A DNA stretch of 64,000 nt from Verrucomicrobiota bacterium (GCA_039818205.1 JBCBUK010000003.1:32001-96000); one strand, 5' to 3'; counted from the first letter of the stretch, positions 39,946-50,641 are shown. Numbers and translations are program-made. The notes: generated from the letters alone by a model not told the origin.

Positions 39946-40407
39946 GTGAGCTTGCCTCCCATCGAGTTTGTTCCAGCGAGGGCGGAAGACATTGATTCCT
40001 TGAACCGAATCGCCCAATGCTCGAAGCAATACTGGGGCTATGGTCCCGAATTGATGGCCCTTTGGGCGGATCAGTTGGCGATTGATTCAAGTCGAATTGG
40101 TACTGACCTAATCGAGATCGGGATAATTCATTCTCAGCGAATCGGCTTCTACAGCGTGGATTTGGCCAGCTGCGAGCTGGATGGCTTTTGGTTGTTGCCG
40201 GACAAAATTGGCCGGGGCTTCGGAAGGCAAATGTTTCGACGAATGGAGGAGGCGTTGAGACTTCGGGGAGTGCGAGATATTCAAATTGTATCGGATCCAA
40301 ACGCCGACAGTTTCTATCGGAGGATGGGTGCGAAGAAAACTGGAGTCACAGAGAGTATTCCGAAAGGCCGATACCTGACCGTACTCTCGTATTCGATTTC
40401 GCCTTAA
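39946..40407 (+). CDS. GNAT-family N-acetyltransferase
   Basis: SKQYWGY, IGRGFGR, SDPNADSFYRRMGA; GTG start abuts the upstream stop. Confidence 0.88.
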   Translation: MSLPPIEFVPARAEDIDSLNRIAQCSKQYWGYGPELMALWADQLAIDSSRIGTDLIEIGIIHSQRIGFYSVDLASCELDGFWLLPDKIGRGFGRQMFRRMEEALRLRGVRDIQIVSDPNADSFYRRMGAKKTGVTESIPKGRYLTVLSYSISP

Positions 40408-40415
40408 ACAGGCGC

Positions 40416-40445
40416 AAAAAAAGCAGCCGTGAAATTCACGACTGC
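40416..40445 (-). terminator. Intrinsic terminator of pdhAB
   Basis: GCAGCCGTGAA/TTCACGACTGC stem (G:U pair on minus) with A7 on the + strand. Confidence 0.8.
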
Positions 40446-40494
40446 CTGTTCATAAATCGGTTGTTTGGAATAGGTCGATCCAACGGGACGTTGG

Positions 40495-41469
40495 TTAGCA
40501 GATCTCGAGGACCTTCTTGATCACACGGTCAGCATCCGGAATTTGGAGCTTTTCCAATGGCATGGAGTAGATCTGCGGAGAATCGATGCTGCTTACGCGT
40601 TTAATCGGCGCATCGAGGTAGTCAAAGGCTTCCTCTTGGATGATGCTGATGATCTGGCTGCCGACACTCGCGAATGGCTTATTCTCCTCAACATAGACGA
40701 CGCGGTTAGTCTTCTTCACGGTTTCGAGAATCGCTTCGACATCGAGTGGACGGATCGAACGGAGGTCAAGAACCTCGGCGTTGATATCGTATTCTTCAGC
40801 CAGCTTCTCGGCCGCTTCCATCGCGGTAATCGCGGCGCGACCATGAGCAATCAGCGAAATGTCTTTGCCTTCCTTCAGGATGTTGGCCTTACCCATCGGA
40901 ATCAGGTATTCCTCTTCGGGAACTTCCCACTTTTGACCGTAGAGGAGGGTGTTCTCCATCACGAAAACCGGATCGTTGTCGCGAATCGCAGTCTTCATCA
41001 GGCCCTTGGCGTCAGCCGCATTGGATGGGCAGACGACCTTGATGCCGGGGTGATTGGCGCAAAGGTTTTCCGGAGTGTGGGAGTGCGTCGCGCCAACGTT
41101 GGTGCCGCCGTTGGCGGGTCCGCGCACGACGATTGGCACGTTCATCAGACCACCACTCATGTAGCGGCAGAACGAACCGTTGTTCAGCAACTGGTCAAAG
41201 GCAACGTAGCAAAAGCTCCAGAACATGAACTCCATAACGGGGCGCAGGCCCAGCATGCTGGCGCCGATGCCCAGGCCAACGAAGCCTGCTTCGCTGATTG
41301 GTGCATCCACGAGGCGCTTGTCTCCAAATTTTTCCCAGAGGCCTTCAGTGACCTTGTAGGCTCCATTATACTGGGCAACTTCTTCGCCCATGACGAAGAC
41401 GTTGGGATCGCGTTCGATCTCTTCGGCGAGCGCTTCCTTGACGGCTTGGCGGTAAGTGATTTGCGGCAT
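40495..41469 (-). CDS. pdhB: Pyruvate dehydrogenase E1 beta subunit
   Basis: GEEVAQYNGAYKVT, PISEAGF, GLRPVMEFM, DLRSIRPLD, FDYLDAPI. Confidence 0.93.
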   Translation of the reverse strand: MPQITYRQAVKEALAEEIERDPNVFVMGEEVAQYNGAYKVTEGLWEKFGDKRLVDAPISEAGFVGLGIGASMLGLRPVMEFMFWSFCYVAFDQLLNNGSFCRYMSGGLMNVPIVVRGPANGGTNVGATHSHTPENLCANHPGIKVVCPSNAADAKGLMKTAIRDNDPVFVMENTLLYGQKWEVPEEEYLIPMGKANILKEGKDISLIAHGRAAITAMEAAEKLAEEYDINAEVLDLRSIRPLDVEAILETVKKTNRVVYVEENKPFASVGSQIISIIQEEAFDYLDAPIKRVSSIDSPQIYSMPLEKLQIPDADRVIKKVLEIC

Positions 41470-41489
41470 TACTGAATGAAAATTTGAGA

Positions 41490-42641
41490 TTACTTGTCGA
41501 GGATACCGCCGTCTTCAAAGATGAATCGGCCTTGGTTCAGTTCGTCGATCTGCTCGTCCTGACCCTTGTTGTCTGTGCTCCAGTAGGTGTCTTCCAGGAT
41601 GGTTTCCGCTGGAGGGAAGGGGGACTTGTCGGCAAATTCGAAGGAAGCTTCCGCTTCGTCGGTGGCGGTCTTGTTGATTTCCTTCGCTTGTTCCTCGGTG
41701 AGGACGCCTTCAGCGATGAGTTGCTTGCGCAGCAACGTGATCGGGTCCTTGTTTTCCTTGTAATCCGAGATCTCGTCCTTCGAGCGATATTTTTCCGCAT
41801 TCGCGTCGGCAACGGAGTGCCCGCGGTAGCGGTAAGTGAAAATCTCCAGCACGGTTGGGCGGGACTCTTCGTGGGCGCGCTTGATCGCCTCCGAAGTCTT
41901 TGCGCGAACGTCGTAGAGAATGTTTCCGTTTACGGTATCCCAGTCCATGCCGTAAGCCTCAGCACGCTGAGCAAGGCACTCTGGGTAGGCCGAGGACCGT
42001 GCCTGGCTGGTGCCCATTGAGTAGGCATTATTTTCGATGACAAATACGACCGGTAAATTCCACAGGCCTGCCAAATTGTAAGCCTCGTGGACGGCACCTT
42101 GGTTAACCGCACCGTCGCCCATGTAGGCGAGGCAGCAACCCTTGATATCCTTGTATTTCAGGGCAAAGGCAATGCCGGTTCCAAGTGGAATCTGTCCACC
42201 AACGATACCGTGGCCGCCCCAGTAATTTTTGTCAGGAGCGAAGAAGTGCATCGAGCCGCCCTTACCCTTGGAGCAACCAGTGTGCTTACCAAACATCTCG
42301 GCCATACACTCGTTCATGCTCATGCCAACAGCAAGCGCGTGACCGTGGTCGCGGTAGGCGGTAATGACGTGATCATCGGAGCCCAGGAGGGAAACCGTTC
42401 CGACGGCGACAGCTTCCTGCCCCTCATAGAGGTGAAGAAAACCGCCAATCTTTCCTTGCTGGTATGCTCGTAGGCTGCGGCCTTCAAAACGGCGAATGCG
42501 TACCATATCGGTAAACAGACGCACCTTTTCTTCAGCACTCAGGCGCTGATTGATCTCAAGCTTAGCGAGGTCGCTGACGTTTACGTCCTGCCAGCGCTCG
42601 GCTTTATTTGTGGTCTTTGCGGACTTTTTTTTCGCGGTCAC
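41490..42641 (-). CDS. pdhA: Pyruvate dehydrogenase E1 alpha subunit
   Basis: IGGFLHLY.GQEA, YRDH, GKGGSMH, GDGA..QG, ENN, TYRYRGHS. Confidence 0.93.
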   Translation of the reverse strand: MTAKKKSAKTTNKAERWQDVNVSDLAKLEINQRLSAEEKVRLFTDMVRIRRFEGRSLRAYQQGKIGGFLHLYEGQEAVAVGTVSLLGSDDHVITAYRDHGHALAVGMSMNECMAEMFGKHTGCSKGKGGSMHFFAPDKNYWGGHGIVGGQIPLGTGIAFALKYKDIKGCCLAYMGDGAVNQGAVHEAYNLAGLWNLPVVFVIENNAYSMGTSQARSSAYPECLAQRAEAYGMDWDTVNGNILYDVRAKTSEAIKRAHEESRPTVLEIFTYRYRGHSVADANAEKYRSKDEISDYKENKDPITLLRKQLIAEGVLTEEQAKEINKTATDEAEASFEFADKSPFPPAETILEDTYWSTDNKGQDEQIDELNQGRFIFEDGGILDK

Positions 42642-42725
42642 GGTCGGTGATCGTTCGGTTTGATGAAACTAATGAAGTGGTTGATTTCCGGGTTATTAAG
42701 CCGGAAAGCCGCGCAGTCTCGCACA

Positions 42726-43232
42726 CTACAGGGATTGTTCAACCACAATTTCAAGTTCTCGCTCGGGATCACAATTCGCTCGCAGGGCGATGAAGCGCTC
42801 TCGGTGGGAATCAAAGTATGGCCACACCAAATGATGGTCGGTCGGTGGAATCCTGAGCGTGTTGATCTCCTCACGGGTAAAGAATTGAAAGCGTCCCTCG
42901 TCGATCTCTTCCGGGAGTCGAGCGATCGGCTTGTGGCATTCGAACAGGAACATCAGCCAGTGACCCGAGCCCTCAAACCCTTTTTCCGAGACATAACCAA
43001 ACAGATGCAGGTCATTAATCTTCAGTGGTAAGCCCACTTCCTCGTCGACCTCACGGATCGCGCATTCGAAGGGCGATTCGCCCCAGGCCATCTCGAGCTT
43101 GCCGCCAATCGGGCTCCAACAGCCCAGGTTTGGCGCTTTGCGGCGTTGAATCATCAGCAACCTCCCTTCGGTGTTGCGGACAAAAACGAGCACGCTGATT
43201 TTGAAGGGGAGGGTGGTGGTCGGTTCCTGCAC
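42726..43232 (-). CDS. NUDIX hydrolase (MutT-like)
   Basis: Nudix box GGKLE..GESPFECAIREVDEEVG. Confidence 0.88.
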   Translation of the reverse strand: MQEPTTTLPFKISVLVFVRNTEGRLLMIQRRKAPNLGCWSPIGGKLEMAWGESPFECAIREVDEEVGLPLKINDLHLFGYVSEKGFEGSGHWLMFLFECHKPIARLPEEIDEGRFQFFTREEINTLRIPPTDHHLVWPYFDSHRERFIALRANCDPERELEIVVEQSL

Positions 43233-43406
43233 AATCTCGTTGTCTGGCGCGTTCGATCGTTAGGCAATGAAATATCGGTGATTCTACCTAATTTTTGTGT
43301 CATTGCTTGGTGAAAATTGCCCTAGAAGTCCTTGTACCTGAATTTATTGTTAAATTTATAGTTTTCTTGTTGATTAAGGTCCGCGATTCTCTTTTACCAT
43401 GCAGAG

Positions 43407-44018
43407 ATGCAGCCCCGCTTGTCCCTCTTAATCCTCCTAATTTCCACGCTTCTGGTGCCGCTTGCCGGATCTCTGCACGCGCAGAAGGACCCGGTTGACG
43501 TTCGAAATGTGAAGTTCAACAAAAACGCGGGTAACTGGAAGGACACCCTCATCGAAGTCGAATTGGTGGCTAACGGGAATCCGAATCCGGATGCTCCGAA
43601 CCCCAAGTATGTCGACAACATTGGCGTGACGCTGACCATCGGTTATGCTCACCCGAACAAAGACGGTGAGTTCATCTTCCACTCCTCTTCGGTTGTCATC
43701 ACGACCCTCGAAGTGGCGAAGTCCCGCAAGATCGGATTTTGGCTTCCTTACGATATCGTCGAGCGGGACAATGTAGCCAAGGAACCGAAGTTTTGGTACG
43801 TCGACGTTGAGATTGACGGCAGCCCAATCGCCCCAACCGGCGCGAACATCCGGGCCCGCGCCTCGAGCGATCTCCAAAACCCAACGGCTCTCAATAGCTT
43901 CCAAAACAAAGCGTCTGACGCAACCGAAGGTGTGCTACTACCCGGTTATCTCTCTGGAAACGGATACATCGAGCGCGGAAAAGATCGTCCGGCTTTTATC
44001 CGCAAAGAGGAGAATTAG
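43407..44018 (+). CDS. Exported pilus-cluster protein (Amuc_1102-like by position)
   Basis: Sec signal peptide; first gene upstream of pilM in a verrucomicrobial pilus/secretin cluster. Confidence 0.6.
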   Translation: MQPRLSLLILLISTLLVPLAGSLHAQKDPVDVRNVKFNKNAGNWKDTLIEVELVANGNPNPDAPNPKYVDNIGVTLTIGYAHPNKDGEFIFHSSSVVITTLEVAKSRKIGFWLPYDIVERDNVAKEPKFWYVDVEIDGSPIAPTGANIRARASSDLQNPTALNSFQNKASDATEGVLLPGYLSGNGYIERGKDRPAFIRKEEN

Positions 44019-44122
44019 TTCACGGTTAGTGATATACCTCTGCGTGTGCGGCTGCTTCCATTAACGGAAATTATTGCTTGCACTCCTAACAATCCTTTTT
44101 CAAATGGCCTTTTACCCTGTTC

Positions 44123-45763
44123 ATGAGCGCTGCTAAGAAATTGATAATCAACTGCGGAGCTGGTCACGTAACCGCTTCGATTTTCAGCGAACGCAAAGGC
44201 GGTTTGGTACTGGAAAGTTTCGCGCACGAAGATCTCGACTACGACTTTACTGAAGAGAATGACTGGTTGCCAGCGGTGGTCGACGCCGTGGCTCAAGTCA
44301 AATCTCGGGTAAAGGGTGGGGATAAAGCGATTCTGATTCTTCCCGGTTACCAACTGCTGACCAAGCTGATTAAGGTTCCCCACGTCGAGGAGGCCAAACG
44401 CGCGCAAATCATCGCCTACGAGGCGGCGCAACAAATTCCTTATCCACTTTCGGAGGTTGTTTGGGATCACCAGGTCATCGCTGATGATGGCGTGGAGACC
44501 GAAGTCATCCTCATCGCGGTTAAGTCGGAGGTCGTCGACGATTTCTGCACCGAGTTCCGTCGCCAAGGCATTACGCCAGAAAGCGTCGAAGCAGCATCCG
44601 TCCTCGATTATAACGCTTTCCGTCTCAATTACCCGGACGTCGAAGGCGAGAGCCTGTTGGTCAATATTGGAGCGCGTTCATCCAATCTGCTTTTCATTAA
44701 TGAACTGGGTTTCTTCATCCGTAACATTACTCTGGGTGGAAATACGCTGACCCAGAATCTCGCGGATAGCCTCGGCAAGAGCTTCCCGCAGGCCGAGCAG
44801 ATCAAGATCGCATTCTTCTCCGGTCAGACCAGTTTCGATGCGGACGATCCAAGCGCGCAAGTTCTCCAGACGAATGCGCAAAGCTTTCAGAAGAAGATCA
44901 GCCAGGAAATCACCCGGTCGATCGTAAACTACCGCCGCCAGAAGGGCGGTAAGGCACCTAGCCGAATTTTGCTCACTGGTCGTGGCGCACGTCTCCCCGG
45001 GTTATCCGAGCAACTTGAGCAGAGCCAGCGTATCCCGGTTGAGTTTTTTGACCCAACCGCGGCAATCGAAATTGGCGGTGGCGTCGATGCGGCTGAGCTC
45101 GAAGACAATCGCGAAATTCTGAGCGAGGTTGTTGGTCAGGCCACCCGGATCAGCGATCCGGAAGCCGTTAGTGTCAATCTGCTGCCCCAGCAGTTGGCAG
45201 ATTCGATGCGCTTCGCCAAACAAAAGCCGTTTATCCTAATCGGTGCTGCTTGCCTCGCATTGGCAACGATTCCGCCGATTATGCACTTCATGCAGGCCAA
45301 GACCACCTATGCGGACGAAGCCAAGCAGTTGCAGCAGCGGGCTCCTGGTCTAAACACGAAGCATTCCGAGATCATGTCCCTCACGGACGAAGCGAAGAAG
45401 ATCAAGACCGATATCGCGAATCTCGAGGACCTCGTAAATTCACGCTCCAACTGGATCAACTTCTTTGCTGATCTGCAACAGCGTCTACAATCCGTACAGG
45501 ATGTTTGGTTGGAAGACTTGAAGTTGGACCGCGACTCGACTGGAAACCTTCAGATTTCCGGCCGCATGCTCATTAAGGACTGGGATGAAGAAAACCCCGG
45601 TGTCAGCAACGGGCGTGCATCGTCTCGGGTCAACCAGATGCTTACCCAGTTCGAGGCCTCCGAATTCGTAAAGAAAGTCGGGGACCGCAAGTTCGATACG
45701 AACAACCCGCGCATCCTCCAATTCCAGTTCTCTCTCGAGATCAACCCCGAACGCCCGCTCTAA
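44123..45763 (+). CDS. pilM: Type IV pilus assembly protein PilM with fused PilN-like C-terminus (Amuc_1101-like)
   Basis: Actin-like PilM motifs (EAAQQIPYPL, NIGARSS, GGNTLT, LLTGRG), then NLLP, a TM segment, a coiled coil and VWLEDL..LQISG. Confidence 0.85.
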   Translation: MSAAKKLIINCGAGHVTASIFSERKGGLVLESFAHEDLDYDFTEENDWLPAVVDAVAQVKSRVKGGDKAILILPGYQLLTKLIKVPHVEEAKRAQIIAYEAAQQIPYPLSEVVWDHQVIADDGVETEVILIAVKSEVVDDFCTEFRRQGITPESVEAASVLDYNAFRLNYPDVEGESLLVNIGARSSNLLFINELGFFIRNITLGGNTLTQNLADSLGKSFPQAEQIKIAFFSGQTSFDADDPSAQVLQTNAQSFQKKISQEITRSIVNYRRQKGGKAPSRILLTGRGARLPGLSEQLEQSQRIPVEFFDPTAAIEIGGGVDAAELEDNREILSEVVGQATRISDPEAVSVNLLPQQLADSMRFAKQKPFILIGAACLALATIPPIMHFMQAKTTYADEAKQLQQRAPGLNTKHSEIMSLTDEAKKIKTDIANLEDLVNSRSNWINFFADLQQRLQSVQDVWLEDLKLDRDSTGNLQISGRMLIKDWDEENPGVSNGRASSRVNQMLTQFEASEFVKKVGDRKFDTNNPRILQFQFSLEINPERPL

Positions 45764-45772
45764 TTTTCCCGT

Positions 45773-46822
45773 ATGAAATTCTTTAAACAGAACCCGGTCT
45801 TCAGCGCGATTTTATCGCTGTTTGTCGTGTTGTTCATCGCTGGTCTGGTATTCATCTTTTTGTTGAATGGTCAGGTTGCGAAAGAGCAAAAAGACGTCAA
45901 GCGGGCGGAGTCCAATTTGCGGGCAGCTCTGTCTTTACAGCCAGCCCCGACGGATGAAAACATTCAGGCTGCTGAGAAGAATATCTCTGAGCTCAAGCAA
46001 GTGCTCGAAAAGCAGATTGCCGCCACCGCCGGCAACAAACCAAACCTTCTTTCGTCCAATCCGCCGGCAACCGGCACCGATTTGTTCTTTCAGCTCCAAA
46101 GCTATCGCGATGAGTTGACTCAAGATGCCGAACGCACGGTGCCAATTAACGTCTCCGATGAAGAGCTCGAGGTCATGGAAGAGTTTGGCACTGAAGTTCC
46201 CGGAGTCGAAATCCCCGAAGGCTTCGCATTTGGCTTCAGTCGCTACATCGATTCTGGCGAGCCGCCAGCTGATTCAGCGGTCCCAGTGCTTTTTAAGCAG
46301 AAAGAAATCCTCACCTATGCCCTCCGCAAGCTCCTGAGCACGCGCCCGATTAGTATCGTTTCGGTTGATCGCAGTCCGCTCGAGCTTCCCAAGCCGAAAT
46401 CAAAGGACGAGCGCCAGCAGCTCAACGCCGACGAGTTCAATGTCGGCTCGGAATCGGCCGCAGTTAAGAGCGCAGTCGAAACCATTCCGTTCCGAATCGT
46501 ATTCACTGGATACACCGAGAATCTCCGCAGTTTCCTCAAGCAAATCGAGGAGTTTGAAATACCGCTTGTTGTTCGCTCAGTCGAAGTCACCCCGCTCGAA
46601 GATAGCGTGGTCACCGCAGACAATAGTCGCGGCGGTCGTGGTAACTCGGTCGATGATCTGTTTGGCGGATTTGGCTCTGCGACGCCTGAGTCTGATGCCG
46701 AGCCGGCCGCACCGGCCAAAGATCCTATCGTCGCAGAAAACGAATCTGAATTCACGGTCGTTATCGAATACATCACGGTCACGGTCGCGGGCAAAGACTC
46801 CAAAAAGGAGGACCTGTCGTAA
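45773..46822 (+). CDS. Amuc_1100-like / PilO-like pilus-associated protein
   Basis: N-terminal TM, coiled coil, FAFGFSRY, F.IVFTG.T..LR.FL, LVVRSV; located after pilM. Confidence 0.7.
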   Translation: MKFFKQNPVFSAILSLFVVLFIAGLVFIFLLNGQVAKEQKDVKRAESNLRAALSLQPAPTDENIQAAEKNISELKQVLEKQIAATAGNKPNLLSSNPPATGTDLFFQLQSYRDELTQDAERTVPINVSDEELEVMEEFGTEVPGVEIPEGFAFGFSRYIDSGEPPADSAVPVLFKQKEILTYALRKLLSTRPISIVSVDRSPLELPKPKSKDERQQLNADEFNVGSESAAVKSAVETIPFRIVFTGYTENLRSFLKQIEEFEIPLVVRSVEVTPLEDSVVTADNSRGGRGNSVDDLFGGFGSATPESDAEPAAPAKDPIVAENESEFTVVIEYITVTVAGKDSKKEDLS

Positions 46823-47727
46823 TGAAAGCTTTTGTTGATAAAATTGTTCTCGCTGTTGGTGTCCTGGCATTGGCTGGCGGTGCTGGTTTCTATGTTACTC
46901 AAAAAGGGCAGGGTGGTTCCAACAATCCGTTGATCGACCAGCAGCCATCAGGCACCGCCTACGAAAACCTAAGCCCAGCAAAGCTTACGGCGGCAGGGAC
47001 CGAATGGCCCGAGCCAGTCCCACAGGACGGCGATGGCTATGAGCTCTACGACGTATTTACGCCACCAAAGATCTGGTGGGACGCCGAAAAGGGTATCTTT
47101 GTTTTTGAGCCGCCAATCGGGGGCAAGAAGAAGGTCGCCTTTGGTCTGGCTCTCTTAGGTCTCGATCGCGAACTCTATCGGATTCAAATGGAAGCGTTTT
47201 TTGGTCGCGGCCCCGATGCCATGGCTCAAATTTACGATGACGTTACTCAAAAGAGCTATCGCGGAAAGGTCGGAGAGAAGTTCGAAGAGATTGACACCGC
47301 AATTGTCGCTTTGGAGAACGAATTGGTGACCAACCCAGATGGCACGATCCGCCGGATTCCGCGTGTGACTCTACTTGATGGTGCCAGCGGTGAGGAGATT
47401 ACCCTTACCACCGACGAGCGCCTCTACGTGCCAAATAAATTTGATATCAAGATGGAAGTTGTCCGCCCATATCCATCCGAAGAGTTCCTTTGGAAGGAAA
47501 GCGATGCAACCCATTCCGTCGGTGATGTCACCTGGAAATTGCTCGAGTTTAACTTTGACAACCAATCCGTCACGGTCGAAAAGACTGTACCTGAACAAGA
47601 AATTGAAACTGAAACCCTAGTAGTTACTACTCCCTCATCCGCCTCTGAATCGGCAGAAGATACGTCTACTGAAGAAGAAAATGCCCCAGCACAGGAAATT
47701 TCTCCTGATGATGGATTATTCTTCTAA
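46822..47727 (+). CDS. Amuc_1099-like pilus-cluster protein
   Basis: N-terminal anchor, WPEP and VFTPP.I motifs; 1-bp overlap with the upstream gene; precedes the secretin. Confidence 0.6.
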   Translation: MKAFVDKIVLAVGVLALAGGAGFYVTQKGQGGSNNPLIDQQPSGTAYENLSPAKLTAAGTEWPEPVPQDGDGYELYDVFTPPKIWWDAEKGIFVFEPPIGGKKKVAFGLALLGLDRELYRIQMEAFFGRGPDAMAQIYDDVTQKSYRGKVGEKFEEIDTAIVALENELVTNPDGTIRRIPRVTLLDGASGEEITLTTDERLYVPNKFDIKMEVVRPYPSEEFLWKESDATHSVGDVTWKLLEFNFDNQSVTVEKTVPEQEIETETLVVTTPSSASESAEDTSTEEENAPAQEISPDDGLFF

Positions 47728-47802
47728 ATTTAAGTGATACTCCTAATTGCTAATCTTTGAAGACCAACGCGTATCCCCGCGTTGCCTGCTAACTAACGAA
47801 TC

Positions 47803-50583
47803 ATGAAACGACTCCGGACCCTCCAACGCTTCGCCTCCACGTGCGCCTTTGCTGCGATTGCCGCATTGGCGTCCCTCAACGCCCCTGAGGCCCACGCTCA
47901 AAGCAGTGAAACCAAGGAAAAAATCCGCCTCATGGCGACCGCCCTGCGCGCTCGTGAATCAGGCGATCTCAACACCGCTAAGGCAAATTTGGAGGAGCTA
48001 CTCCGGATAAACCCCAACGATGCAAATGTTCAGCGCCTTCTCGATTCCGTTAATAAGGATATCGAGCGTCAAACCACTGGTCAGCCGACCATTTATGGCC
48101 AGGCCGCGACCGTAAACACTTTCGAGCCTTCTAACGCATCCGTAACCGATTCATCCACTGTTGTGGCCATGAGCAACGGTGACGGCACGGACACGCTTAC
48201 CGAGATCGAGCTCGCCGGTGCATCCGGTGATGTTGACTACTTGATGGCTTCCGTAGCGGCTGAGCAACAGCAAGCGATTGCGAATGCACAGCAAGCAATG
48301 GCTGACGCCAAGGTCCTGATCGAGAATGATCGCGGCGACGAAGCTGATGCGCTCCTTGAAGCCGCTCAAAATCAGATTCCAGAGTCGACCGCAACCGAGT
48401 TCGTGATTGCCGACGTTAAGGCAATGCGCGGCGACATCATTCTTAAAGCTGGCAAAGAAGCGCTGGCAGCAAACAACATCCCGGCCGCAGAGGCCGCTGC
48501 TGCCGCTTATGAAGAGACTTTGGGCGATGACAAGCGTTTGGCCAACTACCGCAAGGCGATTGCGAAAGTTGCTGACAACCCATGGTTGCAGGATCCGGAA
48601 GCTTTGAGCCCCGAATACGTCGAAAATCAGGAGATTGTGGAGGACCTCCTTGTTAAGGCACGCGCGATGATGCTTTATGGCGACTACAGTGGTTCGATGG
48701 AGAAGCTTCGTGAGGTTGAGGCCCGTGACCCGACCAATCGATCAGCTAAAGCACTTCAAATGGAGATCATCAAGCAGCTGGGTGACTCCGCCTGGCTCGA
48801 CCATGAAAAGACTCGTGACCAAATGCTTCAAGAGGTTGCTCGCTCCTGGCAGCGCCCACAAGTCTACGACTTTAGTGAGCCTCCGGTCGAGTCTAACGGA
48901 GCAAACCCAATCCGCGAGAAACTGAAAACCATCTTCATCCCGCGAGTCAGCTTTGCCGGTGTTCCACTTTCTCGTGTAGTTGAAACTCTATCGGAATTGT
49001 CGGTTGAATACGATCCAACACTCGAAGAAGACGAGAAAGGCGTTAATATGATCCTTCTAAGCAAGGATGGTAACGATCCAATGGTTAGCATTACATTGCG
49101 TAATCTCGACATGGAGCGCATCCTGAATTTCGTTACCGAATCCGTTTCCTACAGCTGGGACGTTGGTAGTGATGCGGTTCTTATTTCTCGTGGTTCTGAC
49201 GATGGTGGTATTCGTCTAGAAACGGAATTCTTTCCAATTTCACGTGGAACGATCATCCGCTTGACCGGTTCTGGTGACGGTGGAGGCTCCTCTGCTCCTG
49301 CCGATCCATTCGCCGCTCCGGCTGCAGTGTCTGCTGGACCTTCGGCCTCCGATACCGAAGAAAATCTGCGTAACTTCTTCCAGCGCGCTGGTGTTGATTT
49401 TAACGAGCCAGGTTCCAGCCTTGCGTTTGACGGCACCCAGTTGATCGTCACGCAGACTCCGCGTAATCTCGAGCGCATGCGTAACATCCTTCGCCGTTAC
49501 GACCAGCCAAAGCAGGTTGAGATCGAAGCGAAATTCCTCGATGTGATTCAGGGTAACCTCGATGAACTTGGCTTCAACTGGAGCGTAACCAGTGCGAGCG
49601 GTCGTAACTCCATCAGCTCGGATAACATTTCTCTCAGCGAGGCGTTCTCTTTGGCCGACCAAAGTTCCAACATTGGAATCGAGTCGACCAATCTGGTTGA
49701 GCAGGTCGTTGCAGGTCAGGTCGTCCAATCGACCGTTACCGAAAACACTCTTGTTCCTGCAGGTGCGCCCTCGATTCCGAATGCGATTGATCTTGGTCAA
49801 CTCGGAGGCGTCGCTGGCTCTTTCATGGGCGTTATTCAAGGTGTTGACGTGAATCTCACGGTTAATGCTCTGTCTCGCCAGGAGGGTAGTGACCTTCTTA
49901 GCGCTCCTAAGCTAACGGTTCTCTCCGGCCGCACCGCACAAATCGTGGTGGCTCAAGAGCTCCGTTATCCTGAGAATTACGGTGATATTGAAGCAGAAGT
50001 TTCCAACAACGGTGGTTCAGTCCTCGGTGGTGGAGGAACTTCCGTTGCGATCACCGCGGGAACTCCACAAGACTTCACTGTCCGCAATGTGGGTGTCGAA
50101 ATGGAGGTCACTCCAACGGTTGAAGAGAACGAAAACATTTCTCTCAAACTCGAGCCGCGTGTTACAGAATTCGAAGGATTCGTCGAATATGGCGGTCCTA
50201 GTATTGCGATCTCAGGTGGAACCACCGTTACGGTACCATCCGGCTTCTTCCAGCCGATCTTCTCGACTCGTGAAGTTCGCACGGAAGTCACCATTTTTGA
50301 CGGCGCGACCGTTGTAATTGGTGGATTGACCCGCGAGGAGATCAAGACAATCGAAGACAAGGTCCCAGTGCTTGGTGATATCCCATTCTTGGGCCGTCTC
50401 TTCCAGAACAAGGGGGAAACCGCTCAGAAGCGGAACCTTCTGATCTTTGTCACAGCCAATCTGATTTCACCCGGTGGTTCACCGGCTCGTCAGACTTTGG
50501 GTGACACCGAGGCTAACTCGCTTTTCCAGAATCCGATCGTCGTCACCCCAGGTGGTGGTGTAAGTCGGGAAATCTCTGAGTAG
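47803..50583 (+). CDS. Outer-membrane secretin (PilQ/GspD family, Amuc_1098-like)
   Basis: QVEIEAKF, LLSAPKLT, VGVEMEVTP, VVIGGL, DKVPVLGDIPFLGRLF, NLLIFVTA; long TPR-like N-terminus. Confidence 0.93.
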   Translation: MKRLRTLQRFASTCAFAAIAALASLNAPEAHAQSSETKEKIRLMATALRARESGDLNTAKANLEELLRINPNDANVQRLLDSVNKDIERQTTGQPTIYGQAATVNTFEPSNASVTDSSTVVAMSNGDGTDTLTEIELAGASGDVDYLMASVAAEQQQAIANAQQAMADAKVLIENDRGDEADALLEAAQNQIPESTATEFVIADVKAMRGDIILKAGKEALAANNIPAAEAAAAAYEETLGDDKRLANYRKAIAKVADNPWLQDPEALSPEYVENQEIVEDLLVKARAMMLYGDYSGSMEKLREVEARDPTNRSAKALQMEIIKQLGDSAWLDHEKTRDQMLQEVARSWQRPQVYDFSEPPVESNGANPIREKLKTIFIPRVSFAGVPLSRVVETLSELSVEYDPTLEEDEKGVNMILLSKDGNDPMVSITLRNLDMERILNFVTESVSYSWDVGSDAVLISRGSDDGGIRLETEFFPISRGTIIRLTGSGDGGGSSAPADPFAAPAAVSAGPSASDTEENLRNFFQRAGVDFNEPGSSLAFDGTQLIVTQTPRNLERMRNILRRYDQPKQVEIEAKFLDVIQGNLDELGFNWSVTSASGRNSISSDNISLSEAFSLADQSSNIGIESTNLVEQVVAGQVVQSTVTENTLVPAGAPSIPNAIDLGQLGGVAGSFMGVIQGVDVNLTVNALSRQEGSDLLSAPKLTVLSGRTAQIVVAQELRYPENYGDIEAEVSNNGGSVLGGGGTSVAITAGTPQDFTVRNVGVEMEVTPTVEENENISLKLEPRVTEFEGFVEYGGPSIAISGGTTVTVPSGFFQPIFSTREVRTEVTIFDGATVVIGGLTREEIKTIEDKVPVLGDIPFLGRLFQNKGETAQKRNLLIFVTANLISPGGSPARQTLGDTEANSLFQNPIVVTPGGGVSREISE

Positions 50584-50641
50584 TATTTTCAATTACTGGA
50601 ATACAATTGCCATACGATAGCATTTAAAATAGGAGATTTTC

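Noticed and set aside
40543..42473. Long + strand ORFs (310, 178 and 128 aa) antisense to pdhB/pdhA
   Set aside because: Codon-register shadows of biased genes with no recognisable motifs. The same applies to the many antisense ORFs over glnII, the carbonic anhydrase, lpxK, hisG, metX and the secretin operon.
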